A stretch of 64,000 nt of DNA from a virus. Taxonomy: Duplodnaviria; Caudoviricetes. A program made the translations under genes and the position numbers. The notes beneath the pieces are model-generated. The model was not told the origin of the DNA, made no database searches, and worked only from the letters and a program-made list of their open reading frames with translations. Of this stretch, positions 39,201 through 49,648 are shown piece by piece. Every line of letters begins with the position of its first letter. The first letter of the stretch is position 1. The stretch lies in IMG/VR virus record IMGVR_UViG_3300021399_000009, positions 32,001-96,000 of that record; one strand, given 5' to 3'.

Positions 39201-42200
39201 CTTCAAGTTTGCCATTAACTAAATCAATTGCATCAGCTTCAAGTCCATACTTTTCGATAATCTGTTCCTGTATATTAATAAGACTATCTTTTACATCGGA
39301 AAGATTTTCCGTGGATGATACAAGTTGTATGTACTGACCAGTTAGGTCTTGTATGTTTTTACTTTCTTGTTCATAAAGCTTTGCACTTTCTATGGTTGCC
39401 TTACGTCTTTCTTCCATTTCTTGACGTAACTGTTCTGCTTGTTCTGCTGCTTCTTTCTCCTTGTTAACCCATTTTGAAACGGCATTTACCGCCCAACTAA
39501 CGGCAAGAGACAAGCCAAATGACACAAGGGTATTTAAAGCAGCAACGCCAGCTTGTGCAGCAATAGACTTAATTCTCACCCCATCAAGTGCAACACCTAT
39601 TTTGGCAATACCACTTGCATCTGTTTTTTTCAAATCAGATTTTACATCAGACCATTTTTTACCAAATATTGTTAATTGTCTTGTTGCTTCTTTGGCATTT
39701 TCTTCAACACCGAATATACCTACACCTTTTGTTATACTAAGAGTTGCACCCAATCCTGCCATTAAAGTTGGGAATGTACCAAGTTTATCAATTGTCTTAG
39801 TAATAATTTCCAAGAAATTCTGAGCCACTCCAAACATTTTTTTTGTAGACTCATTGTTAATAACAGTGTTTGCAAATTCTTGATATGCAGCTTTCAGAGT
39901 ATCAAGTGAGTACTGAATTGACTTTGAGTACTCCTCCTGTTCTTGCATCGCAGAACCTTCGGATTTGATAGATGTCTGTAATACATCGTCAAGTTTTTCG
40001 TAATTTCTCAAAGCACTTGCTACAACGTTAGCCTGTCTCTTTCCTGCAATTGCTTCAAGAATCTGTGCTTGCTCAATATCTTTAAGGTTGCCCCATACCG
40101 CACCAAGTTCTTTGATTATATCATAGGTAGATTTGAATGTATCTTTATCTACCATGATGTCTACACCAGTCATGCTTTTTATCATTGCTTGGAGCTTTGC
40201 AGTTGATTCTACCATTCCTTCGGTATCTTCGCCAGCATCTTCGAGTTCTGCTTTCGCAGCTCTAATTCTCATTGAAACGGTACGCCATGCTTGTGCAACT
40301 GCAACGGGGTCTTGAACAATTTCATTAGCAACGGTAGTTAACGCAATTGTTTGGTCAAGTGTATTATTAGCACTTGCCATTGCTGATGAAACTCGTTTTA
40401 ATGCCTCTCCAAGTCCACCAGAATCTACAGCAAACGTATTACTTACCTTGTTGATACGGTCTATAATACGCTCTGAATCTTTAGCTTCTAAATTAAACGC
40501 TTTCATAATACTGATAATAGATTCAGCAGCACTATCTATAGTTATCCCGTCACCAACATTTTTGTATAGCGTTGCAACCCTACCAAGTTCTTCGGCATCT
40601 GGTAAGCTAAATCCAGCTCTACTAAATACACTTGTAGCATTAATGACATCACTAACACTTGCACCTAATGTTTTTGCGGTTGAAGCAGCGGACTTCTGAA
40701 ATGCTTCAAATTCCTCATCACTTGCCTCTGTAACTTTCCGCAATTCTACCATTGCATTGTCAAGATTAACTACTTCATTCATCAATGACCTTATAGTACG
40801 AATAGCTCCTTGCAAAGAAATCCATTGCATAATGACTTGACTAAGCTGAGTTCTCATATCTCTAAAGAAAGCACTCATGGTTAAATTAGCAGCAGTAGCT
40901 TCTTTCTTTAGCACAACAAACTCTTGATTAATCTCTTTAAGTCCGTTTTCATCCAAATTCTCCGATTTGAGTCTTGTAATAAGTTCCTGCCATTTTTGAG
41001 CAAATGTTGTGACACCATCAGACATTAGCTTATTAGAGTTAATTACTTTTTTATTCTGTTGTGCATAGGAGTTCATGGATGCACTCAGCCCCTTAATGCC
41101 GTTAGCAAGTTTTGTTTGAGCTGCATTGTCATTCAAGGATGCAATTAACCGTTTTGTAGAATCGTTAACAGTATTTAATTTTGGCTTCAAGTTATCTAAT
41201 TCGTTTTGAATAGCAACTAATGCTTCTGGCGTAGTTGCTGTTTGCAACTCGGAAGATAGCTTTTGATACTCGCTAATTAAAGACTGAATCTCAGCTATTT
41301 GGTTCTGTACATCAATATTGTTAGCATTTTTGCGGAACGTTATATTTGTGGTTTTAGAGCTAAGACCACTTATATTTGTACTAATTCTATCGTTTAAACT
41401 TGTTTTTGTAGAATTAAAATTTCTCGTTATTCTATCAAGTTCCTCATAGTATTTCTTCATATCTTTAAGAACTTGATTTTCAGCAGTCATTGCTTTTATT
41501 CTTTCATCAAATTGTCCTTGCCAATATTTATGTTGTGCAGATTCTCGTATCTCTTTTTCTTGCTTTGCTAAATCAACTATTCGTTCTTCATCACGAATTT
41601 TTGATTTCATATATTGATTTTCGGCTTTTATAGCAGATATATCAGAATTTAAAACAGATAACTTATCAAGAAATTTATTCATACCATTGGTATCATTTAC
41701 AGATGCCAATTCAGTTTTTAGTTCGTTTATTCTGTTAGCAAATGTCGTAGAATATAATTCAGCAGTTTTTAACTGACTAATAATTTTTTCTAAATCTGAA
41801 AAACGTTTCTCTTTTTGAACGTCAACACCTTCGTGCCTAAAGGTTGTAGCGTTGGTAGCCTCACGAATCGTTTTGCCAAGATACTCATACACTCTCGCTT
41901 CTTTGTTTAAACTATAAGTAAGAGTCTCTATTGCACCATTTTCTTTTTCTACTTGAACCACAAATGATTGTAACGACTGAGTAGCATCTTCATTGGCTCT
42001 ACGAACTCTTGAAGCAACATCACCAGTTCCATCAAGAAATGTATTAACGGTATTTTTAGCAACTTCCAATGTTTTATCGGTATTGCCAGTATAAGGAATC
42101 TTGGGGTAATAGCCTTTTGACATTCGAGCTTTATTAAGAGCTATAGCATTTTCAGTGGCGTTTTTAACTTCTTTATTATATTCTTTTATTTGTTTAACCT

Positions 42201-42444
42201 GAGATTGTGAAATAACATCGGCACTTGAAGAATTTGATATGTTTCCAACATTGATTTTAATATCTTTAAGCTGATTCTTAATCTCATTTATGCTATCTTT
42301 GTCAATAGTACATTTTATTTGCAAAGCCTTTGAATTATTAATTCTGTCTCTAATTATAGGTATATCTGTATCTACGATTTGCCTAACTGATTTATCTTCA
42401 TCGAGTTTTGCAATCAGTTCTATTATATTATCATTGACAGCCAT
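36271..42444 (-). CDS. Tail tape measure protein (TP901-type core)
   Basis: 2057 aa, helical; LDNAMVELRKVT, DRINKVSN, AGKRQAN; C-terminal YKDGG...HGT. Confidence 0.92.
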   Translation of the reverse strand: MAVNDNIIELIAKLDEDKSVRQIVDTDIPIIRDRINNSKALQIKCTIDKDSINEIKNQLKDIKINVGNISNSSSADVISQSQVKQIKEYNKEVKNATENAIALNKARMSKGYYPKIPYTGNTDKTLEVAKNTVNTFLDGTGDVASRVRRANEDATQSLQSFVVQVEKENGAIETLTYSLNKEARVYEYLGKTIREATNATTFRHEGVDVQKEKRFSDLEKIISQLKTAELYSTTFANRINELKTELASVNDTNGMNKFLDKLSVLNSDISAIKAENQYMKSKIRDEERIVDLAKQEKEIRESAQHKYWQGQFDERIKAMTAENQVLKDMKKYYEELDRITRNFNSTKTSLNDRISTNISGLSSKTTNITFRKNANNIDVQNQIAEIQSLISEYQKLSSELQTATTPEALVAIQNELDNLKPKLNTVNDSTKRLIASLNDNAAQTKLANGIKGLSASMNSYAQQNKKVINSNKLMSDGVTTFAQKWQELITRLKSENLDENGLKEINQEFVVLKKEATAANLTMSAFFRDMRTQLSQVIMQWISLQGAIRTIRSLMNEVVNLDNAMVELRKVTEASDEEFEAFQKSAASTAKTLGASVSDVINATSVFSRAGFSLPDAEELGRVATLYKNVGDGITIDSAAESIISIMKAFNLEAKDSERIIDRINKVSNTFAVDSGGLGEALKRVSSAMASANNTLDQTIALTTVANEIVQDPVAVAQAWRTVSMRIRAAKAELEDAGEDTEGMVESTAKLQAMIKSMTGVDIMVDKDTFKSTYDIIKELGAVWGNLKDIEQAQILEAIAGKRQANVVASALRNYEKLDDVLQTSIKSEGSAMQEQEEYSKSIQYSLDTLKAAYQEFANTVINNESTKKMFGVAQNFLEIITKTIDKLGTFPTLMAGLGATLSITKGVGIFGVEENAKEATRQLTIFGKKWSDVKSDLKKTDASGIAKIGVALDGVRIKSIAAQAGVAALNTLVSFGLSLAVSWAVNAVSKWVNKEKEAAEQAEQLRQEMEERRKATIESAKLYEQESKNIQDLTGQYIQLVSSTENLSDVKDSLINIQEQIIEKYGLEADAIDLVNGKLEDNIGLLLEQEKQRNENWLTDNRQTIKDAEDFFGQSLSLSTFKIDTLTEKSDAVKKAAVTEANIFYKSLKDALEEQNVSDLFTYNEDIIERQIGNQAVKDLRYNISLKEGLDAEQTKRAIDAYVDAYKQLIEQKGSVADYFDLEGDRQDHVLGVLKQVSDYYDTIQTKQQMLSNSESLENLLSSEDLATYESTIKSMAELNRVVNDSTKTPAQQYGALQNLYEQEDVIKSLIDKYPVLSQYADSALKNMGLSMEGVVGNEEVVYERFKEQLKSVHKDALDNISKIESAMVSAVKGEGLNHSSAWDILNLDTNNLLGVPSIDGSGNYHIELENLISLKDDIIEKNKILIQQDLEESRIAKQNVDKKIQIYEREYARINSQIARTAQGNSRPSQELVATQSDLSKSITQLKASSKAYGDEIQRDTTLIREYNAHLGNLANTQNMLQAQIDALKKSQEKLKTELDNLNKSADNLLKAQEYKIDQIIDKFQDEKDALEENKKILEEQLDALEQQKQQIEDIIKNYDNVADVISATVKDQVDEIKKNQDEVEKYYNDLIDKLKDENSERKDALDYAEKLAALENAKKNKVRVYGAATGWGYAVDRDAIANAQEALKQADDDKAIKELEKERDKRIKAYDDQIKGFEAYADEWSGIKDLLDREEKERLADELLGSEWREKIRNKDIKLLSKFKNEYRSYNNQLSKLVNGEIATLKKSIESVDAEIKAKQKTIDAWNKYKKSVQDAATAAKNANEDYMKILDQVTINEASDLKARDNNLNAFKNHYIAYMNAISDKSKLIDDTTNKIEALTNQIAELSNDGAPAMDGLIDYLTSSIETIALALDAIGSTFADSALAVINGESYRGKAADIIRRLKGYKDGGSVDFTGMTMVHGTPNHSETVFNASQSKELYDLVRTGKFATQIENRVMQGLNRAFKPSAPTSNSTAVNINNMTIKADNPQQFHSQFIKEIHTYMDLKLNESYVK

Positions 42445-42460
42445 TCAATCACCCCTTTCT

Positions 42461-43021
42461 TTAATCCTTCCAATAGTTATGTAAAATCAATCTATCGTTT
42501 ATTTTAATCTTTCCATACATATTGGGATGCTCTCTATAAAAATCCCATATACCACGTTGAATTGCGTGTATGCCATCGAAGTGAGTGAAGTTTTCTATTC
42601 TTTTGTGAAAACGTGCTTCTAATTTTCTTGCTGTCCACCCGTATTCCATGAGGGATGGTGTGTAAGATTCGTGCGTAGCCCAAGGCGTATAACTTGTAGT
42701 TTCTCTAAGGTCATTAGTAAATGTCCACTTGGACAAACTGGTATGCCAAGACAATTCATCATTAAAGCGAACAGCAATTCTTATTGTGTCACCAACAACT
42801 CTTATGTCAGCTATGTCCTCTGCATATAATGCACCTTGATAACGATATGTTCTTTTATACACAATAGGGTCGTAAGTGTTATACCATTTATCAATATAAT
42901 ACTGTATATGGTTATACAAACTTTTGGCTAAACGTGCCATAGTTTCATCTAATGTTTCACCATTGGACAGCTTTACTTTTTTGAGAGCTATTCTTGCAAG
43001 TTGTTCTTTAATGCTTGCCAT
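42461..43021 (-). CDS. Tail-region protein
   Basis: YDP..YKRT motif; directly upstream of the TMP. Confidence 0.65.
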   Translation of the reverse strand: MASIKEQLARIALKKVKLSNGETLDETMARLAKSLYNHIQYYIDKWYNTYDPIVYKRTYRYQGALYAEDIADIRVVGDTIRIAVRFNDELSWHTSLSKWTFTNDLRETTSYTPWATHESYTPSLMEYGWTARKLEARFHKRIENFTHFDGIHAIQRGIWDFYREHPNMYGKIKINDRLILHNYWKD

Positions 43022-43559
43022 TAGGCTCACCGCCCTTGGCGTTGTCAATTACAGCTTTAACAAACTTTCTTTTGTCAACTCTGTTAAGTTTGTTAAGAAT
43101 ATCCGAAGCGTTCTTCAACTGGTCACTCATATCTGTCTTTGCCATATTTACGAGTTCATCACATAACACATCAAACGAAGTTTTTCGAGAACTAAGTCTA
43201 CTCTGAATTACTTCATCTACCGCATTTTCAATATAATAATGAATCTGTGTTGATGCAATATGCTTCATAAGTTCGTTCCACCACTCTGCCTGAGATGCTT
43301 TGAACAATTCTTCAATTGACATACCATCAAGACTAATGTTGGTAAAGAACTTTACATACGCCCAACGTTTTGCAACTTCTCTATACTCAGGCTTATATTC
43401 TCCTTTATTATTAAAACAACTGTCAGCAATTGAGTATACACAAGAAGCAAAGCCATCAAGTGTAAGACTATTCTGTACCTCAACACTAACTTTGTTTATC
43501 TTTATAGTTTCGACATCCTTGTTTCGTGAGTTCTTTAAAATATCAAAAATATTAGCCAT
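43008..43559 (-). CDS. Tail-region protein (possible assembly chaperone)
   Basis: AGGAG RBS; position. Confidence 0.6.
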   Translation of the reverse strand: MANIFDILKNSRNKDVETIKINKVSVEVQNSLTLDGFASCVYSIADSCFNNKGEYKPEYREVAKRWAYVKFFTNISLDGMSIEELFKASQAEWWNELMKHIASTQIHYYIENAVDEVIQSRLSSRKTSFDVLCDELVNMAKTDMSDQLKNASDILNKLNRVDKRKFVKAVIDNAKGGEPNGKH

Positions 43560-43574
43560 TATAATTCTCCTTTT

Positions 43575-44075
43575 TTATTTATAAAGATTGATACCTTCGT
43601 ATTTATTCACAGCCCAACAGCCTATATTAATACTATCAGCTATGTCATCATCTTTTTTATTGTCATTAATTTTTAAGTCAATACCAAATATTTTTTCAGC
43701 CAATGCTATGCTTTGCCTTTTTTGCTCTGGTCGCTTACCTTTTATCTTAGCAAAAGATTTCCAAGTAACAGGAGCTACAATATCAAATTGAAAACCTTCT
43801 TCGGTAAATCTTTCCATAGTCATACCACGCAAGCAAGATAGCATACCAAATGTTTTTATATTTCCGCTTGAATAAGCATCCTCCAAAATAACTATATCAG
43901 GTTTGTATTTATTAACTCTTTCCATAATTAGGTCAACCATTTGTAAAGAACGCCTGTAATCTTTAATTGTTTTATCAGCAGTTATTTTTTCATAGGTTGT
44001 GAGTTTACCATCAACCCAAACTGATAGGGCTGTGTTTATCGTAGCTTGGTCAACCGAAATTATAATCATTGTCAC
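43575..44075 (-). CDS. RuvC-like Holliday junction resolvase
   Basis: SVDQA, ILED, P.TWK, DD.ADSI.IG. Confidence 0.85.
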   Translation of the reverse strand: MTMIIISVDQATINTALSVWVDGKLTTYEKITADKTIKDYRRSLQMVDLIMERVNKYKPDIVILEDAYSSGNIKTFGMLSCLRGMTMERFTEEGFQFDIVAPVTWKSFAKIKGKRPEQKRQSIALAEKIFGIDLKINDNKKDDDIADSINIGCWAVNKYEGINLYK

Positions 44076-44137
44076 ACTCCTCCTTTATAAAAAAATAAGG
44101 GATAAGCCAATCGTAATTAACTTACCCCTCTTTCATA

Positions 44138-44446
44138 TTATTCTTCCTCAGAACTTTCTTCTGACTTCTTTTTTACAACCCTTTTAGGTGTTCCTTCGGC
44201 TATAATACTTTTAATTCTTGATGCGACTTCGCTTAAACAATCAAGTTCTGTATCTGCCGTTATTCCTATATTTGCAAACATCATTGTTGCTTCTTTTGCG
44301 TTAATGATTCCCTCACGATACTCTCTTATAATAGTAAGAATTTGGTAATGTCCATGTGAACACGCCACCGCCTTCCAACTACCACGTTCATGACAAGGAG
44401 CACAAAAATCATATTCATTACCACAAATCCAACATTTACGTTTCAA
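44138..44446 (-). CDS. Zinc-binding hypothetical protein
   Basis: CWICG...C..C...WK..ACS..H. Confidence 0.7.
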   Translation of the reverse strand: MKRKCWICGNEYDFCAPCHERGSWKAVACSHGHYQILTIIREYREGIINAKEATMMFANIGITADTELDCLSEVASRIKSIIAEGTPKRVVKKKSEESSEEE

Positions 44447-44463
44447 TCAAACCACCCCGTCAA

Positions 44464-45300
44464 TTAAACAGTAGGAAGTGTAGGAAATACGATTCTAAAG
44501 AGCTGCTTATTACCATCGCAATAATCCTGCTGTGCAGAGAATGAGAATGGGAATGTATCAGTTCTACCAAAATTATCTGTAACAGAAGCGGAAAGCTGTG
44601 CTTTGGGGAATATGGCGTAACCAGCAATAGCCATATTTGTATCACAAATAGGGTGACAAAGAATTTCAACTACCATTTCCATGTTCTTAGGGAACTTGTC
44701 AGCAGAGTCGAAGATTGCTACACAATCCTCAGAGTTATAGTCATACTGTACAAAAAGCTTATCTCCCTCTGCAATATCTCCCTCTGCAAAAGTAATCTTA
44801 TGAGTAGCTGATGTATATGTAAATACTCCTGCTGCTGCCTCTGCACCAAGTTTGAATGTCTTATTTCTTGCACCGTCCTTACCAAGTGTACATACAGTAA
44901 TTCTGTACTCAGGATTTGCAGTTGTACCTTTATTGGCAGCAGAGTATTTAAGCGTATATTCGGTAAAAGTATCACCAGCAGCATACTTCTTTTCCTCGGT
45001 AAGAGGTACGATTACACCATTTCCAGTTGTACCAGTTGTCTTTTCCTCTCCATTAAGCTGCTGAGAGAAAAGGTCAAGATTCCAGAAAGTCTCTGCACCA
45101 CTGAACGAAGCTGTCTTTGCGTTCATCCACTTAGCAATAGGAGTACCCTCTGCATCATTCTTAATTACTTCCTGTGCATCGCACTGGAGAGATGGGTCGT
45201 TAACCTGTCCTGTAATAAAAAGCGGTTCTGCGGTTACGATGTCACGACCCGTAACTCTAATAACCTTATCAACAATAAGCTGAGAAGTTGTAATTGCCAT
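44464..45300 (-). CDS. Major tail tube protein
   Basis: Size, position, strong RBS, codon bias typical of high expression. Confidence 0.7.
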   Translation of the reverse strand: MAITTSQLIVDKVIRVTGRDIVTAEPLFITGQVNDPSLQCDAQEVIKNDAEGTPIAKWMNAKTASFSGAETFWNLDLFSQQLNGEEKTTGTTGNGVIVPLTEEKKYAAGDTFTEYTLKYSAANKGTTANPEYRITVCTLGKDGARNKTFKLGAEAAAGVFTYTSATHKITFAEGDIAEGDKLFVQYDYNSEDCVAIFDSADKFPKNMEMVVEILCHPICDTNMAIAGYAIFPKAQLSASVTDNFGRTDTFPFSFSAQQDYCDGNKQLFRIVFPTLPTV

Positions 45301-45318
45301 ATTATTACCTTCCTTTCT

Positions 45319-46068
45319 TTAGGCTTCTCTAAGCCAATTAAATTCTTTTTTATTTATTTTACTCGTATCAATATTTCCTGAGTACGCACCAATACTTAAA
45401 TGGTTTGAATTTTCAATTATATTAATACTTTTAAGAGCGTCATAAAATGCATAGACACTCATATCCCATACTTCATCTAATTTGTATTTAAAATAAGGAT
45501 GATTAGTCGCCCTTGAAACAAGAGTTTTAAGTATTGACTTGGGCTTTCTTCTTTTGGCGAGTTCCATTTCTGAATATGCAAGTTCAATCATTTTTTGCTT
45601 CGTATATTCATTAGCAACTCGTGTATACTGCGGTGGAGAAAGTGCATTTATTATACGAACGCCATCTACTATTTCTTTGTATATTTTCTCATTTATGACA
45701 GTATCATAAAATCTAAGCTCAAACTTGCCATTATTCTCTATTAACCTAAATTTTGAAAAATCTAAATCACCAAATAATAGCTTCGTTTCTTTAACATCTA
45801 ATAATTTATAAAAGACACAAAACAATTGAAAAGATGTAATTTTAGTAAAGTCAATATTAAGCTTGTCCAATTCAGCTATCATATCAAAAGGAGAACTAAC
45901 TAAAATCGCTAACATTCCAGAATATTTTTCTTCACCTAATTCTTCGATTTCACTAAGTTTGGGCTGACGTAAAATAATACCTTTGGCAATTTCGCAATCC
46001 CTTCCCCTTAATGTATGTAAGTTTTCAATCACTATCACACATCTCCTTATTGAAATCCAGAATCTCAA
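45319..46068 (-). CDS. Virion morphogenesis protein (start uncertain)
   Basis: QPKL.EI...GE; G.YSG.ID motif; position. Confidence 0.6.
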   Translation of the reverse strand: MRFWISIRRCVIVIENLHTLRGRDCEIAKGIILRQPKLSEIEELGEEKYSGMLAILVSSPFDMIAELDKLNIDFTKITSFQLFCVFYKLLDVKETKLLFGDLDFSKFRLIENNGKFELRFYDTVINEKIYKEIVDGVRIINALSPPQYTRVANEYTKQKMIELAYSEMELAKRRKPKSILKTLVSRATNHPYFKYKLDEVWDMSVYAFYDALKSINIIENSNHLSIGAYSGNIDTSKINKKEFNWLREA

Positions 46069-46528
46069 ACTTTACTTCACGACAACGGTATACATCACTC
46101 AAATTCACTGGTAAATCTGTTATTCTTTGTATTGTACCAATTCCAGCTATATATTTACCATTGAATTTTTGACTAAGAAGCTCTGTTATATGGTCTGTAC
46201 GAACAGCAGAATGTCCAGCAGTTTCCATACGTATTACTGATTGATGTGAAACTACATACATATACATCTCGCATACATCATAAACAACTTCATTCTTATA
46301 TGCATTAAATCTGTCACACACCGCTTTGATAGCACCTTCAATAAATATATATGTTTTAGCTTCTTCTTGGGTAGGCTCAATAAAATAATAGGGGAATAGT
46401 CTAACATAAGACAAATCTTCTTCATCTTCGTCTTTATTAATCGCTAATGCGTTTATAATCTGCTTGTCGTTTTGAATCTGTTCTATTAACTTATTTTTTA
46501 ATGTAGTGATAATTGAGTCGTTAGCCAT
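46025..46528 (-). CDS. Tail terminator-like protein
   Basis: FPY..I...Q.E and R.D motifs; position. Confidence 0.55.
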   Translation of the reverse strand: MANDSIITTLKNKLIEQIQNDKQIINALAINKDEDEEDLSYVRLFPYYFIEPTQEEAKTYIFIEGAIKAVCDRFNAYKNEVVYDVCEMYMYVVSHQSVIRMETAGHSAVRTDHITELLSQKFNGKYIAGIGTIQRITDLPVNLSDVYRCREVKFEILDFNKEMCDSD

Positions 46529-46530
46529 AA

Positions 46531-47568
46531 TTAAATTCCACCTTTCACACTTATTAGAAGTTCACTTGATTGACTTCCATTGTTGGCGACAAGCTTAAAA
46601 TTACTGCCAACGATATTAACATTGCTCTTAACACTAATCTTGCAAGTTTTACTGTCAACTACCATCAGTTCAATATAATCTTGGCATTGTTCTGAAACCA
46701 ATAAGCTAAATGTTATACTATCTTCTGTATCAACAGTAAATGTTTTAGTTCTACCTATTCTAATTTCGGGTTTACCAACATATGATATTTCAATTGGACT
46801 TGTTGGCTGTGGTATATTTTCAATATAATCACATAGCATTAAATCAATCCTATCGGTCTGAGGATTAAATTCATGTTCTGTAAATGTAATACGCATGATT
46901 CGCATTTCATTGTACGAATAAGGTACTTTAGACATTGACGTAATTATATATACGTCTGGATGTTTCTTTGAGAAATCTATAAACATTCTTTTGTCACGTT
47001 GTAATTCAACGGTTATATCATCAAGTGACAACCAACTCATTAGCTGAATATATCCAGTCTGAATCCTTTCTCTTGCTGATTCAACACCAGTATTATACTG
47101 AGTGGCATCCGCAGTATAAGATGGATAGTAATATATTATTCCAGTTTCAGTATCTTGCCATTTTAATGTATAATTACATTCGTGAGCTACAACTTTTGTA
47201 TATATGCCATTATTATCAGGCATTGCCATAATGACATATATTTGCCAATTATTTTTGGTGTCCTTAATTTTGATATACTTATAGTCAGCCACCATATCAC
47301 TAATTCGTGTTAATAATTGTCTTTTCCAACCCTGTGTATAAGCGTCAAAAGTTTTGTTCTGCACAACAGCTTGTGTTTCAAATTCTGTTTCAAACAATCC
47401 TGTTTCACCATTAAACTGACCCCTACAAAATATAACTTCTTCTCCAAGCCGAGTTTCAGTTAGGGCTTCGTCAAAACTATCACTAACCCAATTGTCCCAT
47501 TCTTCATTTTCTAAGCCATTATTAATTGTTGGTTGTGGATTAATAAGATACCAATTCTGAGAATCCAT
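46531..47568 (-). CDS. Head closure / neck protein
   Basis: CNY.LKWQD motif, C-terminal Ig-like domain; position. Confidence 0.55.
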   Translation of the reverse strand: MDSQNWYLINPQPTINNGLENEEWDNWVSDSFDEALTETRLGEEVIFCRGQFNGETGLFETEFETQAVVQNKTFDAYTQGWKRQLLTRISDMVADYKYIKIKDTKNNWQIYVIMAMPDNNGIYTKVVAHECNYTLKWQDTETGIIYYYPSYTADATQYNTGVESARERIQTGYIQLMSWLSLDDITVELQRDKRMFIDFSKKHPDVYIITSMSKVPYSYNEMRIMRITFTEHEFNPQTDRIDLMLCDYIENIPQPTSPIEISYVGKPEIRIGRTKTFTVDTEDSITFSLLVSEQCQDYIELMVVDSKTCKISVKSNVNIVGSNFKLVANNGSQSSELLISVKGGI

Positions 47569-47582
47569 ATTAATCACCCCAA

Positions 47583-47981
47583 TCAATTATTAAATGCGTG
47601 AGTTTTCTGTTTATGAAGGAACTCTTGAACTCGTTGCTGCTGTAATACCAAATCCTTATAAGTTACATTTTTAGAAGCATCGCTACCAGTTAATTGAATA
47701 TCCTTACCTCGAAATCCATTTATCTTTTCTGCTTTTGACAACTCTCTCGTAAGATACTCTTGATACATAAGAAGTCCTAATGTATACACAACAAAGGGTT
47801 CGAGCTTTGAAGCAAACTTAGAACTGTCTACATCATAGCCAAGTTTATCAATGTCAAGTTCATATTGACCCAAAGCAGAGTCAAACCATTCGTCCTCTAA
47901 ACCCTCTGGCAAGACCTGTTTTGCCATTGGGAGAGAACGAAATTTTTGGATAACATCAGCTTTTGTCGTTACGTCACCCAA
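47583..47981 (-). CDS. Head-tail adaptor-like protein
   Basis: Position downstream of the capsid gene. Confidence 0.5.
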   Translation of the reverse strand: MGDVTTKADVIQKFRSLPMAKQVLPEGLEDEWFDSALGQYELDIDKLGYDVDSSKFASKLEPFVVYTLGLLMYQEYLTRELSKAEKINGFRGKDIQLTGSDASKNVTYKDLVLQQQRVQEFLHKQKTHAFNN

Positions 47982-47995
47982 CGCAAATCACCACC

Positions 47996-48466
47996 TTAAT
48001 CTTCGCTATCGTTAATTGCCATTCCAGTATACTTTTCAACAAATTTAATTTTCTTATAATCGTTAATTTCAAGCTTTTTAATAGACTCAACAAGAAGTTT
48101 CTTTTCAGAAAAGGTTACAGCAAGCTCTGCAATCGCCTGTTCAAACGCCTTGTTTGTTTTGCAAGCAAACGCAGCCTTTATTTTATCTTCACTAATAATA
48201 GACTGAGGCTGTTCTTCTGTTTCAAGACCAACATAAATTCTTGTTTCTTTATCATCTATGTAGATGTATGGATGTGAAGCGTTATAATTTTCTCCACAGA
48301 ACTGAATGTTACCAGACTGAACCTGAGAAATTACTTCTGCTCTATCACAAAGAATTGTAGTTGACGGAGGGAGGTTAATTTCTCCCTGTCCATTAATCCT
48401 TCTAAATCCAACAGGAAAGCTGGTAATATTTTTAATCTTAATGTTTTCACTCATATCAAGCGACAT
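47996..48466 (-). CDS. Head-region protein
   Basis: AGGAGG RBS; follows the capsid gene. Confidence 0.6.
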   Translation of the reverse strand: MSLDMSENIKIKNITSFPVGFRRINGQGEINLPPSTTILCDRAEVISQVQSGNIQFCGENYNASHPYIYIDDKETRIYVGLETEEQPQSIISEDKIKAAFACKTNKAFEQAIAELAVTFSEKKLLVESIKKLEINDYKKIKFVEKYTGMAINDSED

Positions 48467-48491
48467 TTATTAGTTCCTCCTTTAAATTAAT

Positions 48492-48511
48492 GGGGCGAAA
48501 TTAATCGCCCC
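48492..48511 (-). terminator. Hairpin after the major capsid gene
   Basis: GGGGCGA/TCGCCCC stem. Confidence 0.6.
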
Positions 48512-48531
48512 GTAAATTACACTTTTAAATA

Positions 48532-49620
48532 TTAGCCTGCTGTATCAATAATACCAATCTTGTATTCCTCGCCCTTTGCAACATCAGCAGCAACTTCAAG
48601 GTCATATCTTGTAAGGAGCTTACCAGTTGTTACATCTGTGCCAGTCATAGAAGTAAGACCACCACGAGTCCAGAGCTGAATAGGAGAATTATTACCTGTA
48701 GGAACAGCAAAGATATATCTATCAGATACAAGCTTCTCAAACCAAGTACCAGCAGCATTAAGCTTGCTAAGGTCATATGCATTATCAAGACCTACAACAG
48801 AAGCACCCATAATAGAAGAAATATATGCGTTCTTTCTAATTTCCTCCATAGCCTCCTGAGAAATATTAAGATAAGGAGTAGCCTGACCATCAGAATATGT
48901 AGCAATGTCATTAAGTTTAATAACAGCAGATGTATCACCAAGGAAGCTTACCTTACCAAAAGGACGAGCCTTATTAAGAATACCCTGTACGTTTGTTCTT
49001 GTTACGCCAGAAGCGAAGTTCTTTACATTTGCATTAGTGATAGCTGATATAACTGTGTCAAATGCGTAAGCAGCAGCCTTATTAAGTATATCTGTCTTAA
49101 TATTCTCAATAAGAATATTCTCGGCAGACATATCGCCGAACTGTGCCTTACGGTAATCTACTTCATAACCAGCAGCAAGAGAAGTTGTAGGCACAGTGTA
49201 CTTATCAGCATAATTGAAGCTGAAAGGAACATCGCCATTAAGAGCCTGTCCTCTTGTATTAACATTCTGTTTGATTATCTTACGCTCAACAGTTTCATCC
49301 TGACCAAGCTGCTCGTAACCTCCAAAGAAACCAAAGAGCTTGATGCTTTCAAGAATATCAGGGTTTACAACAAAAGCTCTGATAGCATTAAGCTCGGAGA
49401 TAGCTGTAAGGTCGCCAGACTCGGCACGAGCATTAAGCTCTTTGATTTTGTTTGCACAATCATCACCAACTGCAATACCCTTGCTGTCCTTGATACTACC
49501 AACTGACTCTCCTTTTACAAGAGCAGAATATGCAGCCACAATAGGTGACTTAGAATTAAGTTCATTGTGAATAGTGTCCTTACGGCAACCATTCATTTCA
49601 TTAATCTCATATGTTCTCAT
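48532..49620 (-). CDS. Major capsid protein
   Basis: 362 aa; position after scaffold and decoration genes; strong RBS and codon bias. Confidence 0.8.
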   Translation of the reverse strand: MRTYEINEMNGCRKDTIHNELNSKSPIVAAYSALVKGESVGSIKDSKGIAVGDDCANKIKELNARAESGDLTAISELNAIRAFVVNPDILESIKLFGFFGGYEQLGQDETVERKIIKQNVNTRGQALNGDVPFSFNYADKYTVPTTSLAAGYEVDYRKAQFGDMSAENILIENIKTDILNKAAAYAFDTVISAITNANVKNFASGVTRTNVQGILNKARPFGKVSFLGDTSAVIKLNDIATYSDGQATPYLNISQEAMEEIRKNAYISSIMGASVVGLDNAYDLSKLNAAGTWFEKLVSDRYIFAVPTGNNSPIQLWTRGGLTSMTGTDVTTGKLLTRYDLEVAADVAKGEEYKIGIIDTAG

Positions 49621-49648
49621 ATTATTTTACCTTCCTTTCTATTCAAAA

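Noticed and set aside
42461-43559. Programmed frameshift in tail chaperones
   Set aside because: The downstream ORF has its own RBS and ATG, and no clear slippery heptamer lies at the overlap.
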